Source of the DNA: Felis catus
Taxonomy: Eukaryota
Assembly (NCBI RefSeq): GCF_018350175.1
Contig: NC_058368.1
Location: 110,176,001-110,240,000, forward strand
DNA: 64,000 bases
Direction of reading: 5' to 3'
This document shows positions 62,733-64,000 of the stretch, piece after piece. The notes under the pieces are model-generated. The model saw only the letters and a program-made list of their open reading frames with translations. It was not told the origin of the DNA and did no database searches. Position numbers and translations under genes: made by a program. Each line of letters begins with the position of its first letter. The first letter of the stretch is position 1.

Positions 62733-63317
62733 CAGGGGTTGAAGGGGGAAGAGAGCAGAAAGGGAGATGGGCTGAGAATATCTCAGAGAATGTAACCAGA
62801 CACCAAAACAAAGAATCCTGAGCAGTGGTGAGGGACCTGTGCCTGCTTCTGTCCCTGCAATCCTGCACAACTTTGTGTGGCCTCAGGGAAGCAATTCCAG
62901 TCATCTATGACACACTGAGTGCGGACTACACACTGCAGGGTGTTGGAGAGCACTCCAGAGCAACCTCAGGGCTGCCCCTTGAGATGTTCCATGTTGGGGG
63001 CAGAGGTGGGGATGGGCATATGCCAAGGCACCAAGTGACAGGCAGAGCTTCCACAGGGCACAAGCCACTCTCAGGAGGAACACAGTACTCCCAGAGGAGA
63101 AAACAGCATATTCCATATTCAGCAAACAGCCCTGCATACCTACTGTGCGTCCCACATGGTGCCAAGTGCTTAAACTGGGGAGCTGCTTGGTTCCTGCTGT
63201 TAGAAAGTGTAGGGCTGAGCTCAGGCACTGGTAGGAAGGAGTGGAGGGTGGAAAGTATTCAATGAAGGGAGTTTTATAAACAGTGTTGTTTTTCAAAATT
63301 AAACCATTGGGGCTACA

Positions 63318-64000
63318 CCAAAACAAAAAGCTTCTGTAGAGCAAAGGAAACCATCAACAAATGAAAAGGCGACCTAGTGAATGGGAGAAGATACTAGCAA
63401 ATGATATATCTGAAAAGGGGTCACCATCCAAAATATACAAAGAACTCATACAACTCAACACACACTAAAAACAATCCGATTAAAAAATAGGGAGAGGACT
63501 TGAATAGACATTTTTCCAGAGGACATCCAGATAGCCAACATACACACCAAAAGATGCTCAACATCACTTATCATCAGGGAAGTGCAAATCAAAACCATAA
63601 GAGATACCATCTCATACCAGTTCGGATGGCATCCAAAAGACAAGACACAACAAGTGTTGACGAGGATGTGGGGAAAATGGAGCCCTTGTATACTGTTGGT
63701 GGGAATGTAAATTGGTATAATCACTGTGGAAAACAGTATGGAGTTTCCCCCCAAAATTAAAAATAGAAATATCACATGATCCAGTAATTCTACATTGGGT
63801 ATTTACCCAAAGAATACAAAAACGCTAATTCGGAAAGATACATACACCCATCCCTGTGTTTACAGCAACATTATTTACAATAGCCAAGATATGGAAGCAA
63901 CCCAGCATCCATCCATCCATCGATGATATATGTATCTATATATTTATATATTAATATTTGTATATTTATATACTTATACACGTATATATTTAGATTTGTA
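63318..64000 (+). mobile_element. L1 ORF2 3' region (degraded), continuing beyond the window
   Basis: aaaagcttctgtagagcaaaggaaaccatcaac...gaatgggagaagatactagcaaat; translations LNRHFS and [10 protein letters not shown] resemble L1 ORF2. Confidence 0.92.

Noticed and set aside
1..64000. CRISPR arrays, operons or other prokaryotic systems
   Set aside because: The sequence is clearly felid genomic DNA and shows no regularly spaced repeat-spacer array

Overview
Mammalian genomic DNA from a cat-family species: it carries many tRNA-derived Can-SINEs of the feline SINEC_Fc type and carnivore-type L1 3' ends. I recognise no host protein-coding exon, RNA gene or processed pseudogene, so the window reads as a large intron or an intergenic interval, and I cannot name the locus. 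The ORF track is essentially noise apart from L1 ORF2 remnants and SINE translations. The window holds about 20 Can-SINEs (many with clear target-site duplications, TSDs), young and ancient L1 fragments, L2/MIR relics, MER31- and MLT1-type LTRs, DNA transposon fossils (MER5A-, Tigger2a- and MER63-like) and microsatellites. Between these lie repeat-free, motif-rich blocks that look like conserved non-coding elements. The most striking unexplained structure is a 159-bp, about 93%-identical inverted repeat at 18790-18948 / 19280-19438 around a 331-bp spacer. It resembles no transposon I recognise, and it has mini-hairpins at its junctions. Repeat family names come from remembered consensus sequences, not a database search, and boundaries of old repeats are approximate.
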